A stretch of 64,000 bases of DNA from Takakia lepidozioides. Lineage: Eukaryota > Plantae > Bryophyta. The notes below the pieces were generated by a model. That model searched no databases, was not told the origin of the DNA, and worked only from the letters and a program-made list of their open reading frames with translations. The stretch lies in the NCBI GenBank assembly GCA_030704615.1, contig CM060731.1:66588001-66652000 (forward strand), in the 5' to 3' direction. The position numbers were made by a program, and so were the translations under genes. Every line of letters starts with the position of its first letter. Positions within the stretch are counted from its first letter, which is position 1. Below are positions 52,670-64,000 of this stretch, in pieces.

Positions 52670-53710
52670 CCTCTGTTTCTCAGCCATGCACAAGCCAATG
52701 ACCCATGTCAAGCAATTTAGATCCATTGCTTGACCCAACACTTGTCAGCGTGATGCCTCTGACACATCTGACACAGCTGTAGTGCCCGTGGCAAATCCCA
52801 TTGCCCACTCTCGCTCATCCGCATTGGGCTCTACCAATTGCTGTAGCACACTGTCCCAAATCAACGCAGGACCATTGTCTCGAAAAGCATGAGACGAGGG
52901 AAAGCTCATGAGCGTAGGCAAGGCTGCACGTGGCTGCCCCACTCGATTGACCACTGCTAGAGGTGGATGGTCATCATGGCACACCCTTTGTGGTTGCCTC
53001 CCTTGGTCCAAAATGCCCTGATTGGGTTCTGTCCGCCATAGGCCGCTCCACCCGCTTTTCCTTTTGAAGCACCGGGTGCCGCCTTGATTGCTGAAGGTCC
53101 GCCGTTGAATGGAATCGTATGCTCTCTTGAGCAGCTCTGGTGGTGCAAGATTGGTCCACCATAATCGAGGTCGATGCGCGCGTGATCCCACCGCTACTGC
53201 GTCCAATAGCACCGCCGATCCAATCCAAGACCGCACTTGATGCACACTGGCCATAACCCTGGCCCGAGAGTCCCCCATAAGAGGAACATTCTCCAAGATA
53301 TAGGCTAGAGGTTGCATTTGCCTCGTCTATAGGTCACGCAACACTCTCAACATCTCCCAAAATAAATGCGATCGTGCATCATGCAAGCCATTCCCATGAC
53401 CTGCGGGAGAGTGTCTTTGGCAAGGCCATCTAGCTATCACCAAGTCAATGGCACCATGCCGGTCCAAATCATCCACCCCCAGCAAGGTAATGTCTGCTGG
53501 CAAGGCTTTTTGATACCCTTGAATTGCTAAGAGAGGCAACAACTCAGGATACCGGTGTGTGAGCAAGGCAATGTGACACATAGAAATACGCCGAGTTATC
53601 TCATCCTTCTCCACATACAAATACTTGCGTACTTTAATCCCTGCTTGCAACACTCCTGCAAGCCCAGTGCTCATGCCTCCAAACAGGTCTAGCAAACAAA
53701 TCCCTGAGTC
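52670..53710 (-). pseudogene. DNMT3-like cytosine-C5 methyltransferase domain within pol
   Basis: Motif I LLDLFGG; II YVEKD; III ADIT; IV DLVIARWPCQ (PC at 53425-53420); VI YILENV (53293-53285); VIII SRAHRPRLWWTNL; IX EREWAMGF..GTT; X R*QVLGQAMD. Two internal stops. Confidence 0.93.
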
Positions 53711-55791
53711 AGGTGGTTGTCAGGTAATGGGCAATGTGTCTAAAGGAGCTAACTGAGGAGGTCCAGGTGATGTCACTGAACTCCCCTCACTCACCAATGG
53801 ATAGGCCTCCTGCCATGCTTGGTGCACACACTCGCCTGCTATTCGATGCAAATTCCCAACTGTACTCCACAGTGGAATATGAACAGGCACATAAGGAAGC
53901 AAATCAGCCTTGTATGCCAATCGTTTGTCCTCATCAGATGGTGGCCTATCATCTGCATGGCTATTACCCTCCAAGAGCTCACCACCCCTGAGAATGCAGC
54001 CAATGTGGGCATCATGTTCCTATGATCCACCGCTATGTCATGGTTTTTGTCATGGTTATCTAGAATTACCTATTTCTAGTTAACTAGGACATTTTAGATA
54101 TTTATATTTATATTTTGTGTGTTGGGACTTCATTTGGTCTCACATGCCAAGTGAGGTGTCGAGCCTCACTTGGGACATGGGGATAGGTTTTCTCCTTGTG
54201 AGGATGGAGGAGGCTCATCTTCTTGTAGTAGCCTCCACCCTTGCAACACCTTGCAAGCCTTGTGAGATACCTGAGCTTTTCCTAGCTCTCTTACTCCTTG
54301 GTGTACACCAACACAAGTGCAAAACTACACTCCGCACTCACAAGCATAATGTCATCTTCTTGTAGTGATAATGAAAGTAAACATAATGGAAAACCCTCCA
54401 CTCACGAATCCACTCAATCACATAAACTAAGTCAAGCCAAGGGCACCCTTGCTAAGGGAATCCACCCTACAAAGCCCTCACCACACTCCCTCTCAATATC
54501 TAGAGCTATGGAGGTGAGTGTGTTTGCATTGCATCAAGGAGGTGGAGAGCTCAAGGAGAGAGCTCAAGAAGAGAGCTCTTGAGTTACAAGACTTTGCAAG
54601 TATTGCAGGGAGAAAGTCTTGTGTGTGTGGAAGCAAAAGGTTTGAAAGTTTGAGAAGAAGGAGCGTCATCTCTTGTATCTCAAGTGTTGTGACAACCATT
54701 TGCCAAGGAAGTGAATTCTATGGTGAAAAGAATGCATTGAGGGTTTGTAGAAGCATTATTGTGCACCAAGGGTTTGAGAGCTTAGAAAAGAGCTCTTGCA
54801 TCACAAGAGAAGCGTCTTGTGTGTGGAGAAGATAGACACTAGGGTTTTAAGAGCAAGTTCTAATTGTTCATGGTGTGAAAGAGAAGCCAAAGAGCAGCAC
54901 ATGTTTGGGTTAGAAACACCATAGAAGAAGTACAACAAGGATAGCTTGAGGGGCATTGAGTAGCTCAAGAGAAGCTAAGAAGTGGTTGTTTTATCCATGG
55001 TGAAATGAAGCCAAGTGGGGTTTCATTTGGTTGACAAACAAGTAAGCTAAGGTGCTAGAAGGGAGTGCTTCTGCTAGTCTATGAGTTCTTGGATTGCTCT
55101 TGGCGAAGCAAGTGGTTGACCAAGCAAGTGGCACATGTGTGGAGCATGCTTTCCAAGTGCGGCTTCCAACTTCAAGCTTGAGGAGAGCTAGAAGGTGAAG
55201 GGAACAAGTCATTCTTTTGTGTATAAGGTGATGCTTATGTGGAGCATGTTTTCAGCCCATTGAGGTTTTTATTTTCAAGCCTTGGAGAGCAAGAAGAAAT
55301 GAAAAGGGCTGGTTTACACTTAGGTGAAGGAAAAGCACTTGTAGAGCACATGTTTGAGTTGGGGTTTCAACCTTAAGCTTGAGGAGAGCACGACTCTTGA
55401 GCTAGCAAATGAAGGGACTTGAATCTTCCTCTTTACATGAGATGGAGATGTATTGATGCTTGGAGAAGCAACACAGAAGCCAAGAATGGAGCATGTGTGT
55501 GGATGGCCAAAGGAGAGCACATGAATGAGTGCAAGACTTGGTTGCTTGTCAAATGAGGTAAAAAGCTTGATTCTTGAGCTCCAAAGAGAAGTGAAGCTTG
55601 TTGTGTGGCAAATGCATTGCTAGGTGAGATGGAATCAAGCTTGGTTGTGGCTTGAGGTGAAGAAGATAAAGGTATATCTCATAAAAATCATGGATGCTTG
55701 AGGAGAGCAAGCATGAAGCTCAAGGAAGCCCAAACCCTAGCTTGGAATGCACAAACCCTAGCATGAGATGCACATGAAACCTTAGGTGCAT

Positions 55792-55919
55792 GGAACAGTC
55801 ACCAAAGTGTGGGAACGGTCATCGTAGTCTGGGAACCGTCATTGTAGTCTAGGAACCGTCACCGTAGTCTGGGAACGGTCACCAAGGTGTGGGAACGGTC
55901 ACTATAGGCTGGGAACATA
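55792..55919. repeat. 20-bp tandem repeat (~6.5 copies) in the LTR
   Basis: Units like GGAACGGTCACCAAAGTGTG / GGAACCGTCATTGTAGTCTA. Confidence 0.9.
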
Positions 55920-56089
55920 GTGACATATAAAAACAATATAGGGCTTTTGGAGGATTTTCAAGGGCCTTTTGGAGGATTGTTTGGGGGATCTTTGGGGTCC
56001 TTTGGGGAGCTTTTGGAAGACATTCTGAGGAGTTTTTGTAAGGCATTTTGAAGAGCTCTTGAAGAGGTATTTGGATGACTATTTGGAAG

Positions 56090-56410
56090 CTTATTTGCGG
56101 TCCTTGAAGGCCAAGTTTTGGCAAGTTTTTGGAGCCTTGGAAGGCTATGTGGAGGACCATTTGGGGTCTTTGAAGGCCAAGTTTTGGCAAGTTTTTGGAG
56201 TCTTTGAAAGGCTATGTGGAGGACCATTTGGGGTCTTTGAAGACCAATATTTGGCAAGTTTTTGGAACCTTTGGAAGGCTGTTTGGAGGGTTGTTTGGGG
56301 TCCTTGGAGGCCGATATTTGGCGAGCTTGAGGAGTCTTTGGCGACTTGTTAAAGGACTATTTGGGGTCCTTGAGGGCCGAGATTTGGCAGGCTCTTGGGG
56401 CCTTGGTGTA
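56090..56410. repeat. ~65-bp degenerate tandem repeat in the LTR
   Basis: TTTGGGGTC.TTGAAGGCCAAGTTTTGGCAAGTTTTTGGAG recurs about 5 times. Confidence 0.85.
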
Positions 56411-57113
56411 CTATTTGGAGTACTATTGTCCAAGCTTTGGGAGTCTTAATGAGATTGTTTGGGAGACATCTTGAGGGATCTTAGAGAGTTATTTGAGAGA
56501 TCCTTGAAAGTCTTGTCTATTGCTTAAGCAAGAGAGTGTGGAGATAGGGTAGTGGGATGAGAGCATGCTGTGATAGGAATTGCTTTAGTCTCTCTTCCTT
56601 GTAGTATTCCACCCTCTCTGTAGGCCAAAACCTTTCCGTAGGTGGAGGCAAGAGTCAGTCCGGGTTTGGGCTGGGGTGTCTTGCAGAAGCGACACTATGG
56701 AGTGTTTTTGGTGTGGGGGAGTTACTGTTTTGATTTCCTTGTGCTTGGATCCCCTCCATACATGCATGCTTGACTGTGCGTCATGTTAATTTTGTGTGGG
56801 CGTTTGTTTTCATAGGAGGTTGGTCCGGATTTGATCACCGATCAATCCTAGAGCGTACTGTCGATGGTGAGGCTGGGGTGATGACCAGTCAGACCATCAT
56901 GTTCTCTTATGGTGAGGTTGGGTTGATGACCAGCAGACCATAGGAGTGCTTGCAGTGGATGCAGGTGCAGGTGCAGGTACAGGTCTACATTAGAAACCTA
57001 TTATTCATGCTTGAACCAGTAGCCGCAACAGGTTCTCTACCCGGTTACCTTGTAGAAAGTGGGGATTAGAGACAGGTTGACAACCGGTTGGATTGTGAGT
57101 TTTCATCACGGAG

Positions 57114-58670
57114 GTGCCACCAGTTGCTGAGGGGAGTGTCGGTACGGGCACCAACGATACTAGTGGGTACACAAGACGAGGTGTGCAGTTTAGGCCACCT
57201 TCACCTTCAGTGTCTTCTGATGAAGGTTTAGACTGGGAGTCGGGAGGATTCTCGCCGAGGGTGCAAGTCATTTCTGTGCCATTATTGTGGGACACGATGG
57301 AGGAGATGTATGGAGCTACCAAGGGGCCACGTAGGTACTCTAGAGCTGTGGGCACCATCGAGTTTGATGACTTCATACAAGAGTTTGACAGTTGGTGTGA
57401 ATCCACAACTGTTTACGCCTTTTATGGCGTGGAAGGGGCTATTCCAGCACCTTGAGGGGCCGCCCATGGATGATTACCATGATTTTAGGCGGGGACACGC
57501 GGTGGAGATTGAGGAGTGGCGATAGTATTGGTCACCTAACTATGTCTCCATCACTAGAGGCACAAGGGCAGTGGCGACACCAGTAGCTATACAAACATCT
57601 CCAACTGCAAGCACTAGTAGTGGGACAAGTGGTACAGGAGCTGGGAAATCCACTCAAGCTCCTGCTGCAGCACCAGCACCCGTGCCTGCCTTTAACCCAG
57701 TTGTGGAGTTCTTCGAGGAGTTGAGGAGAAACTACCAAGGGATAAGGACATAGAAGTTGCGGAGCTTGCAAGAGTTCCAATGAAGGTCTACTGAGAGTTT
57801 GAGGGAGGCTTACATCCGCATGAGGCACTTGATAAACGTAACCCAATGGGTTACAGAATCTCAGGCAGTCCAGTTCTGGTATGGGATCCTGGACAAGGAG
57901 CTGAGGAGAAGGGTGTGGGATGCAACTCTCCTACAAGTGGACCAACCCACCTTAGCAACTGTGTTTTTGCTGGTAGAGCGGATAGAGCTCAATATGGTGG
58001 AAGAGCGAGTGGTCATGGTAGGGTTTGGCAAGGAGACACAATGAAGCGGGGCTCCTAGCCAACAACAACCACTATCCCAACGTGTTCAAGGCAACAAGGA
58101 GGCTCAGGTGAAGCCGAGGGAATGACAGAGAGGATCTCAGATGCAGAGGTTTTTTCCTTCATTCTCAGGCCAACAACAGTCGGGTGTGACTTGTTGGGAT
58201 TGTGGAGGACCCCATGTCAAGAAGGATTGCCCGAAGAGAGGCAAAGGGTCGGCACAGGCACAGCCTACACAACTACAGTATGGGCATTGTGGAAAATATG
58301 GGCATGAGGAGGCCCATTGTTATGGCTTGCATCCTGAGCTACGGCCAGGCCAGTTCCAAGGGAACAATGGTGGCCGAAGACGAGGCAATGTAGTCCCAAG
58401 AGGTAGAGGAGGCAGAGGTCGGGGTGGAGGTCGTAACCAAAATCAAGGAGCATAGGATCAGGGTCAAGATCATGACCAAGGCATGGTGGATAGACTTGCC
58501 CAGCTAGAGCAACGTCTTGCTGCCATGGCCACTACTCATGTTGTGCTAGCTCCAAGACTTGAGGTTCAAGCCCCACCTGTACAACCTCTTATGCCTAGGG
58601 AAGACCAGATTGGTATGGGCTTCATGTGTGGAGCCGCACTTGCAGGGCCATTGCATGTATTGGACTCTGC
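57114..58670 (+). pseudogene. Retrotransposon gag with two zinc knuckles and an RGG tract
   Basis: EFFEELRRNYQG...Q*RSTESLREAYIRMR...QFWYGILDKELRRRV; CWDCGGPHVKKDC; YGHCGKYGHEEAHC; RGRGGRGRGGGR; several stops; cut at ~58673. Confidence 0.82.
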
Positions 58671-59279
58671 TGCGCGCTGCTGTCACTCCAACGACGCAAT
58701 GGCGTGAGCGTTGCGCGTGAGCACGAGCGTACGCTCACGCAGGAATGACGTGGCGTGAGCGTCATGTCAGCATGCTGATGTGGCGGTAAATGATGACGTG
58801 GCACTGTCCGTCATCTGCTACGTCAGCATTAACATGCGCCGCCTATAACCGTGGATGGTCCTATGACCGTGGAATTAATGCAGGGAATCTTGCCTAAATA
58901 GAATCAAGACGAGCGTTGAGGCCTACAATTGCAGCATCCAACATTGTGCAATTACAAATGCTTGTTTCACTTTTACAATTACGAGGACGAAAAAATATCC
59001 TCACAAAGTGTGCGCCATAAAGGCTGCCACGGGAAGACCTTCATCCCTCCTCAAATAACAATGAGAGTTAGGATCATCTTCAAAAGATGATTGTAGTGCA
59101 TAGCGACAGCAAGACATGTAGACTTCGAACGGTGCAATGACAAATGTGCACTACCTAAAAGTTGTCACTCAGAGCTCACTCCGTATAGTTGGAGGCCATA
59201 TCATTGCACCGCCGACGAATTGATGTGAATTACACATTTCAAATCATGGTCGTCCATATACCACATTGCATAGTTGATG

Positions 59280-61674
59280 CTACCCATGTGTTGTATCCCG
59301 CTGCAAAAGAGTATCGACCTCGTTGAAACTCATGGTGGCCTGGTGAATGAAGTTGTCACGTTTGGGATCGCAAACCATCCTCTTCAAAAATATGAAATAC
59401 AAATGTTTGCAGGGTATGAATTTACCTCTCTTGCCCAAACTGGTTGATAGCATATTCACAAAATCAGGACATGTGCAATTGGGGAAATTGGAAACCGTGA
59501 TGTCGTAGGTCCTGTCATGAACAGCAGATGTGGAAGTGATGATTGTGAATACCCGACCATATCCTGGATCGGGTACTTCCGTGGTGCTTCCAACACGAGC
59601 TTGGAGCATTCTTGCGGACTCCACTTTGCCAAAGTGTTCAGCGGTTGGAGGGAAACGCCGAACGAGCTTTCCATCTCGTTTGGTTGGCCACAAGTCAGGA
59701 TTTGCCGGGGGGACCCGGGAGGACGCAGAAGTAGTAGCACATGTATGGAGTTAGGGTTGTCTCGCAAGGGAAAAACCTGCCTCCTCCAGCATTTCAATCT
59801 CCTGAAAGCTGAGATGTGTTCCCACCTTCACGGACCAAACGGTTGGAGGAGATGGCTTCATCACTATGGAAGGACGCACACATCTGGCACAATCATCTGC
59901 GCAGAACCAGAACTTGTGGTTCTTGGCTTCTGGTTGACCGTATGGACGCATCAAGCCCGTGAAAGTCGGAGCAGGAGTTCGGGCACCACCTCTAGATATA
60001 GATGAAGTGCACTTCTCAAAATTAGTTATCGCTGTACATTTCACACGAGACCCTACACTTGTGCGTTCTATGTGCCAAACGTGGTCGGGGCATGCGGACT
60101 CAAGCACATCAAGGGGGTTGTTTCTCTCCTGCACCATTTCAGTGGCACTGTTTGATGCTGGAGCTTGCCGTTGTGTTGGAGGTTCCTCCACAATGGAGGT
60201 TCCAGACATGGAGCTGTTATGCAAGGGAACACGAGGCTTCGAGAAGTTATCACGGTTGCCCTGTGGGAATCTGAATCCGAACCAGGTGGAGTGTTCAATT
60301 TCCTCTTACAGGAGCCGAATCTCTCCTCCCCTCCAAGATGTGGAACTCTAGAAACAAGTGGCGTTCCCTGGGCATACATGCTCACCGCCCGTGCTATCTT
60401 GATTGGATCCCCAGATCTGTTTGCAACACGCAACATCAACTCCCATTTGTCCGGACCCTTGCCACCAACCCCACCTCGTAAGAAATCACGGTATCGGGTT
60501 TGTTGTTGCAAGGCACGTATCAAATCATCTGTTGTTGCCACATACAAATCCCGACCTCGTTTCCCAGACTGCTGCAACCATGCGTTGTGCACAGTTTCTG
60601 CCAAATTGCAAGATGGCATGTCCGCCATTTCCTCAATGGACATGTTCTGCAAAGTGCAGAACCACACTTCAAAACAGTGAACAGAAAACAACATAAAGAA
60701 AGCGAGGACACAATAAAATGGAAAGCAAATGTATGAAAAATCAATAAATATAAGCCTCGTACCAATGGCATGGTTGCTCCCCACTGTCTATACCGGAAGT
60801 GCCAAAACGCCAGCCAATCTTCCAATGCTCTCATACTCTCAAGTGATGCAGCTCCACAAGAGAACCACCAGGCACGAATTGTCTGGAACAAAGTGTCCGC
60901 CTCCTTCATTGTTCTAGCATCTTTGTACTCTTTGCACAATTTACGGTGCTGAGTCTGCATCTCTGGTTTGATGTCCGACTTTGTATGTTTTTCCAGAGAT
61001 TGTGTCCAATGGAATAGACATGTACGCTCTCTTCCTCGCATTGGCACTTTTGGGTCGCCCGATCCGAAGACAATACGAACAACATTGAAATTAGTCTCCG
61101 GCAAGAACTTCACAGGCACCTGCTTCAAAGATTCCCAATCAATTCCCCGTAACTCCCTTTTGAATCCAGCCATTCCTCCCATCGCCCGCAATTTTGGAAT
61201 GACATTACAAATCTTTTCTTCATCAGCTTCTCCAACCATAGTAGGAAGGACTGGATTTGGAATTTCACTTATGTCATCATCGGAAGAATCCGAAAGCTCA
61301 ACGATTGGAGTGGAGGACGTCTGTTCTTTTTTCACCACCACCTCCCTCTTGTCTTCAACGACCGAAGCAGCAGTCCCGGGTGTCACATATGACCCAAGAG
61401 ACTTTCGCCGAGGCTCTCCAAGTACTCTGTATCAACCAGGACGTACTCTCCACTGGCTGATATGAGCCGTCTCATCACGGTTTTGGAAAGAGTATTTCAA
61501 CAACTTCCCTTTAAGATCGTACACCTCTTTCTCCAAAAAGATGGAGCCATTCTGCAGCTGAAAACGGGTAGCCAAGACATGTTCCAGAACAATTGCAAAT
61601 CCATTGTCAAGGACTTCCTGGGAGAACGGCACTGGTTTGTCGTCAGAGAAGAACTCCGCTTCAGAGGAAGCCAT
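59280..61674 (-). pseudogene. MULE-type transposase with C-terminal SWIM zinc finger; intron 60762-60647; internal deletion, stops, frameshift
   Basis: CxxH motif CLFHWTQS; WLAFWHFRYRQWG; CNLAETVH (catalytic-E region); SWIM YDITVSNFPNCTCPDF...PCKHLYFIF; GT-AG intron joins PL|NMS in frame; first two catalytic Asp not found. Confidence 0.75.
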
Positions 61675-62531
61675 CTTCCTTCCTCGCGTACATTTGTACC
61701 TTGCTATCGCAGATCTAGTGTAAATCGGTTTTACTGATGTCTCCAGAACACAGTTGAAGAATGAGCAGAGAATATGGCGGAGGAAGCTCAGACAACGACT
61801 GTGCATATTATGTTATTCTTTCCAGATATGCAGCCGTCCATTTTAATTACTTTTCTTGTGGGCCCAATGGTCAGAGTATCCCTAGGAGCAGTGTCGGCAG
61901 CTGTTAAACCGTTAACCAGAACCTCATCAATAAACCCAATAACAAAGCCGACTTCCTGGAAGCATGCCACAGGATCTGAGGATGGGATTGCAGATTAAGT
62001 AAATGTATCTTTATACTACTACCAATGATCATGCGCACCTGAAAAGTTCCAAATGTGAAACGAATGTGGGGTTTGGCTAACAAGGATGACCGTGTATGAT
62101 ATTCCAAGATTTGTCATCAAACTCTCGTTCATTTACATTTATTTGTGTAAGACTGTGCGCCAAGATTTCTGGGATTCGCTGTTATTTTTAAATATTGAAA
62201 CCGTTCTAATAAAGAACACGCCGTTTATTTTGGGCGACACACGTCAGACATCCATAACTGAATACGAACAGCTGTACACCAATTGCTGGCATGTGCACTA
62301 ATAAGGGAACGACTATGTGTAACGGTCACGCGAGAGGGAATCCAATGCTTCTAGAGACACGCAAGAACGCAGGCAATCCCGCAAGAAATCGGGAGTCACT
62401 GCGTTTTTCTACTTTTCGCGCTTAGAGAGAGAGTGGTAGTCAAGGTGGAGAGGGTTCATTCTACAATACGAAAGAGAAGAAAGTCTCTTTATTTTACTTC
62501 CCTTAGAGAGAGACGCAGAGCAAGAGAGCAA

Positions 62532-64000
62532 ATGACGAGGCGTCGTTTGTTGGAGAACACAGGGCCAAGGCAGCAGGTGAACGCGGAGACTGATTCAGAA
62601 GAGCAGACGGAGACTGAGGCAGCGGCTGTGACACAGTCGGCGATACAAGTGAGCCAGCCTGTGGAGGCAGAGATGATTTGCAAGGACACTGAAGGAGGTG
62701 GAAGCACGCGGAACGCCGAACCGGGAGAAGGTCCGTAAACCCTAGAGCAGACAGAAATTCCAGCAGATGTGAGAGGGAAGAGGAAAGCTGCAGAAGGGGA
62801 TCCAATTTCAAAACCTAAGAAGACGCCAGTACATTTTATCTAACTTACATTTCATTGTTGAAGATATGCGTAGAGATTGAGTGGAATGTCCCAGACAGGG
62901 ATTGTCGCTACCGACCATCACAAAGGTGATTTGCTTTCTACTCCTCTGCTAAGGGTTTACCGCACAATGAGTGGGTGACTATCGGTACAGTCATTCACTG
63001 TTGTTCAGATCATACAGTCTGTCTGATTGCCTTTCAAGGAGTCCTTCCTCTTCCCTTCTTTAGCAGGAACTACTGAATTGCAAGCGTCGTTAACGCCATT
63101 CGATTCTCCTCATGAGATTTATGTACCTATGTGTTTGAAGAGAGAGTGAGGGTCGGCATACCGTCAATCATCGTTGTTCAGACCATACAGTCTATCTGAT
63201 TGCCTTTCAAGCAGTCCTTCCTCTTCCCATGCTGGCGACGGTAATCACAGTGGAGTCAATCTGAATAATCTGCACTTACTGTCCGCCCTAAACTATACTG
63301 AATGTCGTTGCCGCCAATCACTTGCACATAGATGTCATTACACAACACCGATCCGGCAGGTCGTTATCTTTTGTGATTGTCGTTAACGCCGTTCGCTATC
63401 GCTCTCGCTTTTGTTTTGAATACGGCAGTATCAGCTTTGCTTGTGTAGATTGTGCTGAATTGTTTCACACCATTCATAGTGAGTTTCTTTGAGACAAAGT
63501 GATGGTCGTTACCGCCATTCACTATTTGCAAATTACTCAGTCAGAACTGAATGGCATCGTGCAGAAAACTGTGAGGTCGAAGCCTACAGGATCAGAGGGG
63601 AAAGGATCTGGAGATGGGGACGAGTCCGCAAAAAGCTCAGAGAATACAGATGAAGCAGATGAATCTGAAGTGCACTACCTTGACAAGGTGAAAGAACTCA
63701 TGTCATTCCAGAAGGTAAACTCTCAGGAGGTTATAAGGGACATGCTCGTATCTGGAGGGCGTCTGGACATCCCTCTGTGCCGGATGATATCAATGCCTGT
63801 TGTGCGTCCACCTCTTTCTCATGACATAACAAAATTGGAGAGTGATTTTGTGCATGGATATAGACTTGGTGCACAAGTTTTTTATCTATCACTGACGGAT
63901 ATAAATGGGAAAAGCACATTAGTGTCTCCAGAGATCAGTGATAACTGGGATGAGTGCTGGAAAGATGCCAATGAGGAGTTCGAGCTGGGCCTCATGATGG
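62532..64000 (+). CDS. Divergent transposon-borne gene, probable ParB/Srx-like domain protein (exon 62532-62828, exon 63565->64000; one in-frame TAA at 62736; incomplete)
   Basis: Acidic N-terminus and NLS-like RGKRK..KPKK; phase-0 GT(62829)-AG(63564) intron; frame open to the window end: LDIPLCRMISMPVVRPPLSHDITKLESDFVHGYRLGAQVFYLS...W...W...NEEFE. Not in the supplied ORF track. Confidence 0.6.
62985..63230. repeat. Intronic direct repeat, ~174-bp period
   Basis: GTTGTTCAGA.CATACAGTCT.TCTGATTGCCTTTCAAG.AGTCCTTCCTCTTCCC at ~63000 and ~63173. Confidence 0.8.

Larger units (their letters stand above)
49705..54035 (-). mobile_element. Ty3/gypsy pol fragment carrying a C5 DNA methyltransferase domain (DNMT-RT-RNase H)
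   Basis: ORFs starting 53974, 53695, 53317, 52741, 52156 and 51904 share one frame, separated only by stops; RNase H resumes at ~50392; truncated near 49705 before integrase; 5' side cut by the LTR at 54036. Confidence 0.93.
54036..57082 (+). repeat. Probable long (~3 kb) 5' LTR of a nested retrotransposon; right boundary tentative
   Basis: Abrupt TGTCATGG start breaking the pol frame; candidate TGACA end at 57078-57082 just before gag; no canonical TGG PBS. Confidence 0.6.
58674..64000. mobile_element. Mutator-like (MULE) DNA transposon inserted in gag, extending beyond the window
   Basis: Sharp switch to CpG-rich subterminal repeats (GCGTGAGCG, TGACGTGGC); contains the transposase and a divergent second gene; other end not visible. 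Confidence 0.65.

Noticed and set aside
52670-53710. DNMT as a host DRM/CMT/MET1 gene or bacterial contamination
   Set aside because: No introns, no UBA/BAH/chromo domains, unpermuted motif order, and continuous frame with a gypsy RT in plant TE context.
55792-55919. 20-bp repeat series as CRISPR or iterons
   Set aside because: Contiguous tandem units without spacers inside an LTR-like region.

Overview
Eukaryotic, transposon-dense plant nuclear DNA, most consistent with a non-seed land plant (inferred from the element families; not proven). Only one host gene is recognisable: a 3-exon chloroplast RAP-domain gene (minus strand, ~23.3-26.4 kb) with two 1-nt frameshifts. The rest is nested mobile DNA: a hAT MITE, two TTAA/CCC piggyBac-type MITEs, a solo LTR, a degenerate self-priming chromovirus, a full-length Ty1/copia element with a half-tRNAiMet PBS, and CRE-like non-LTR and PPR fragments. 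The strongest finding is a Ty3/gypsy pol (minus, 49.7-54.0 kb) with a DNMT3-like C5-cytosine methyltransferase domain in the same reading frame as, and upstream of, the reverse transcriptase. It is interrupted by a second LTR element (~3 kb LTR plus gag), which is itself interrupted by a Mutator-like DNA transposon. That transposon encodes a SWIM-finger transposase and a divergent intron-containing gene with a probable ParB/Srx-like domain running off the window. All family assignments come from motif recognition by eye; no searches were run.
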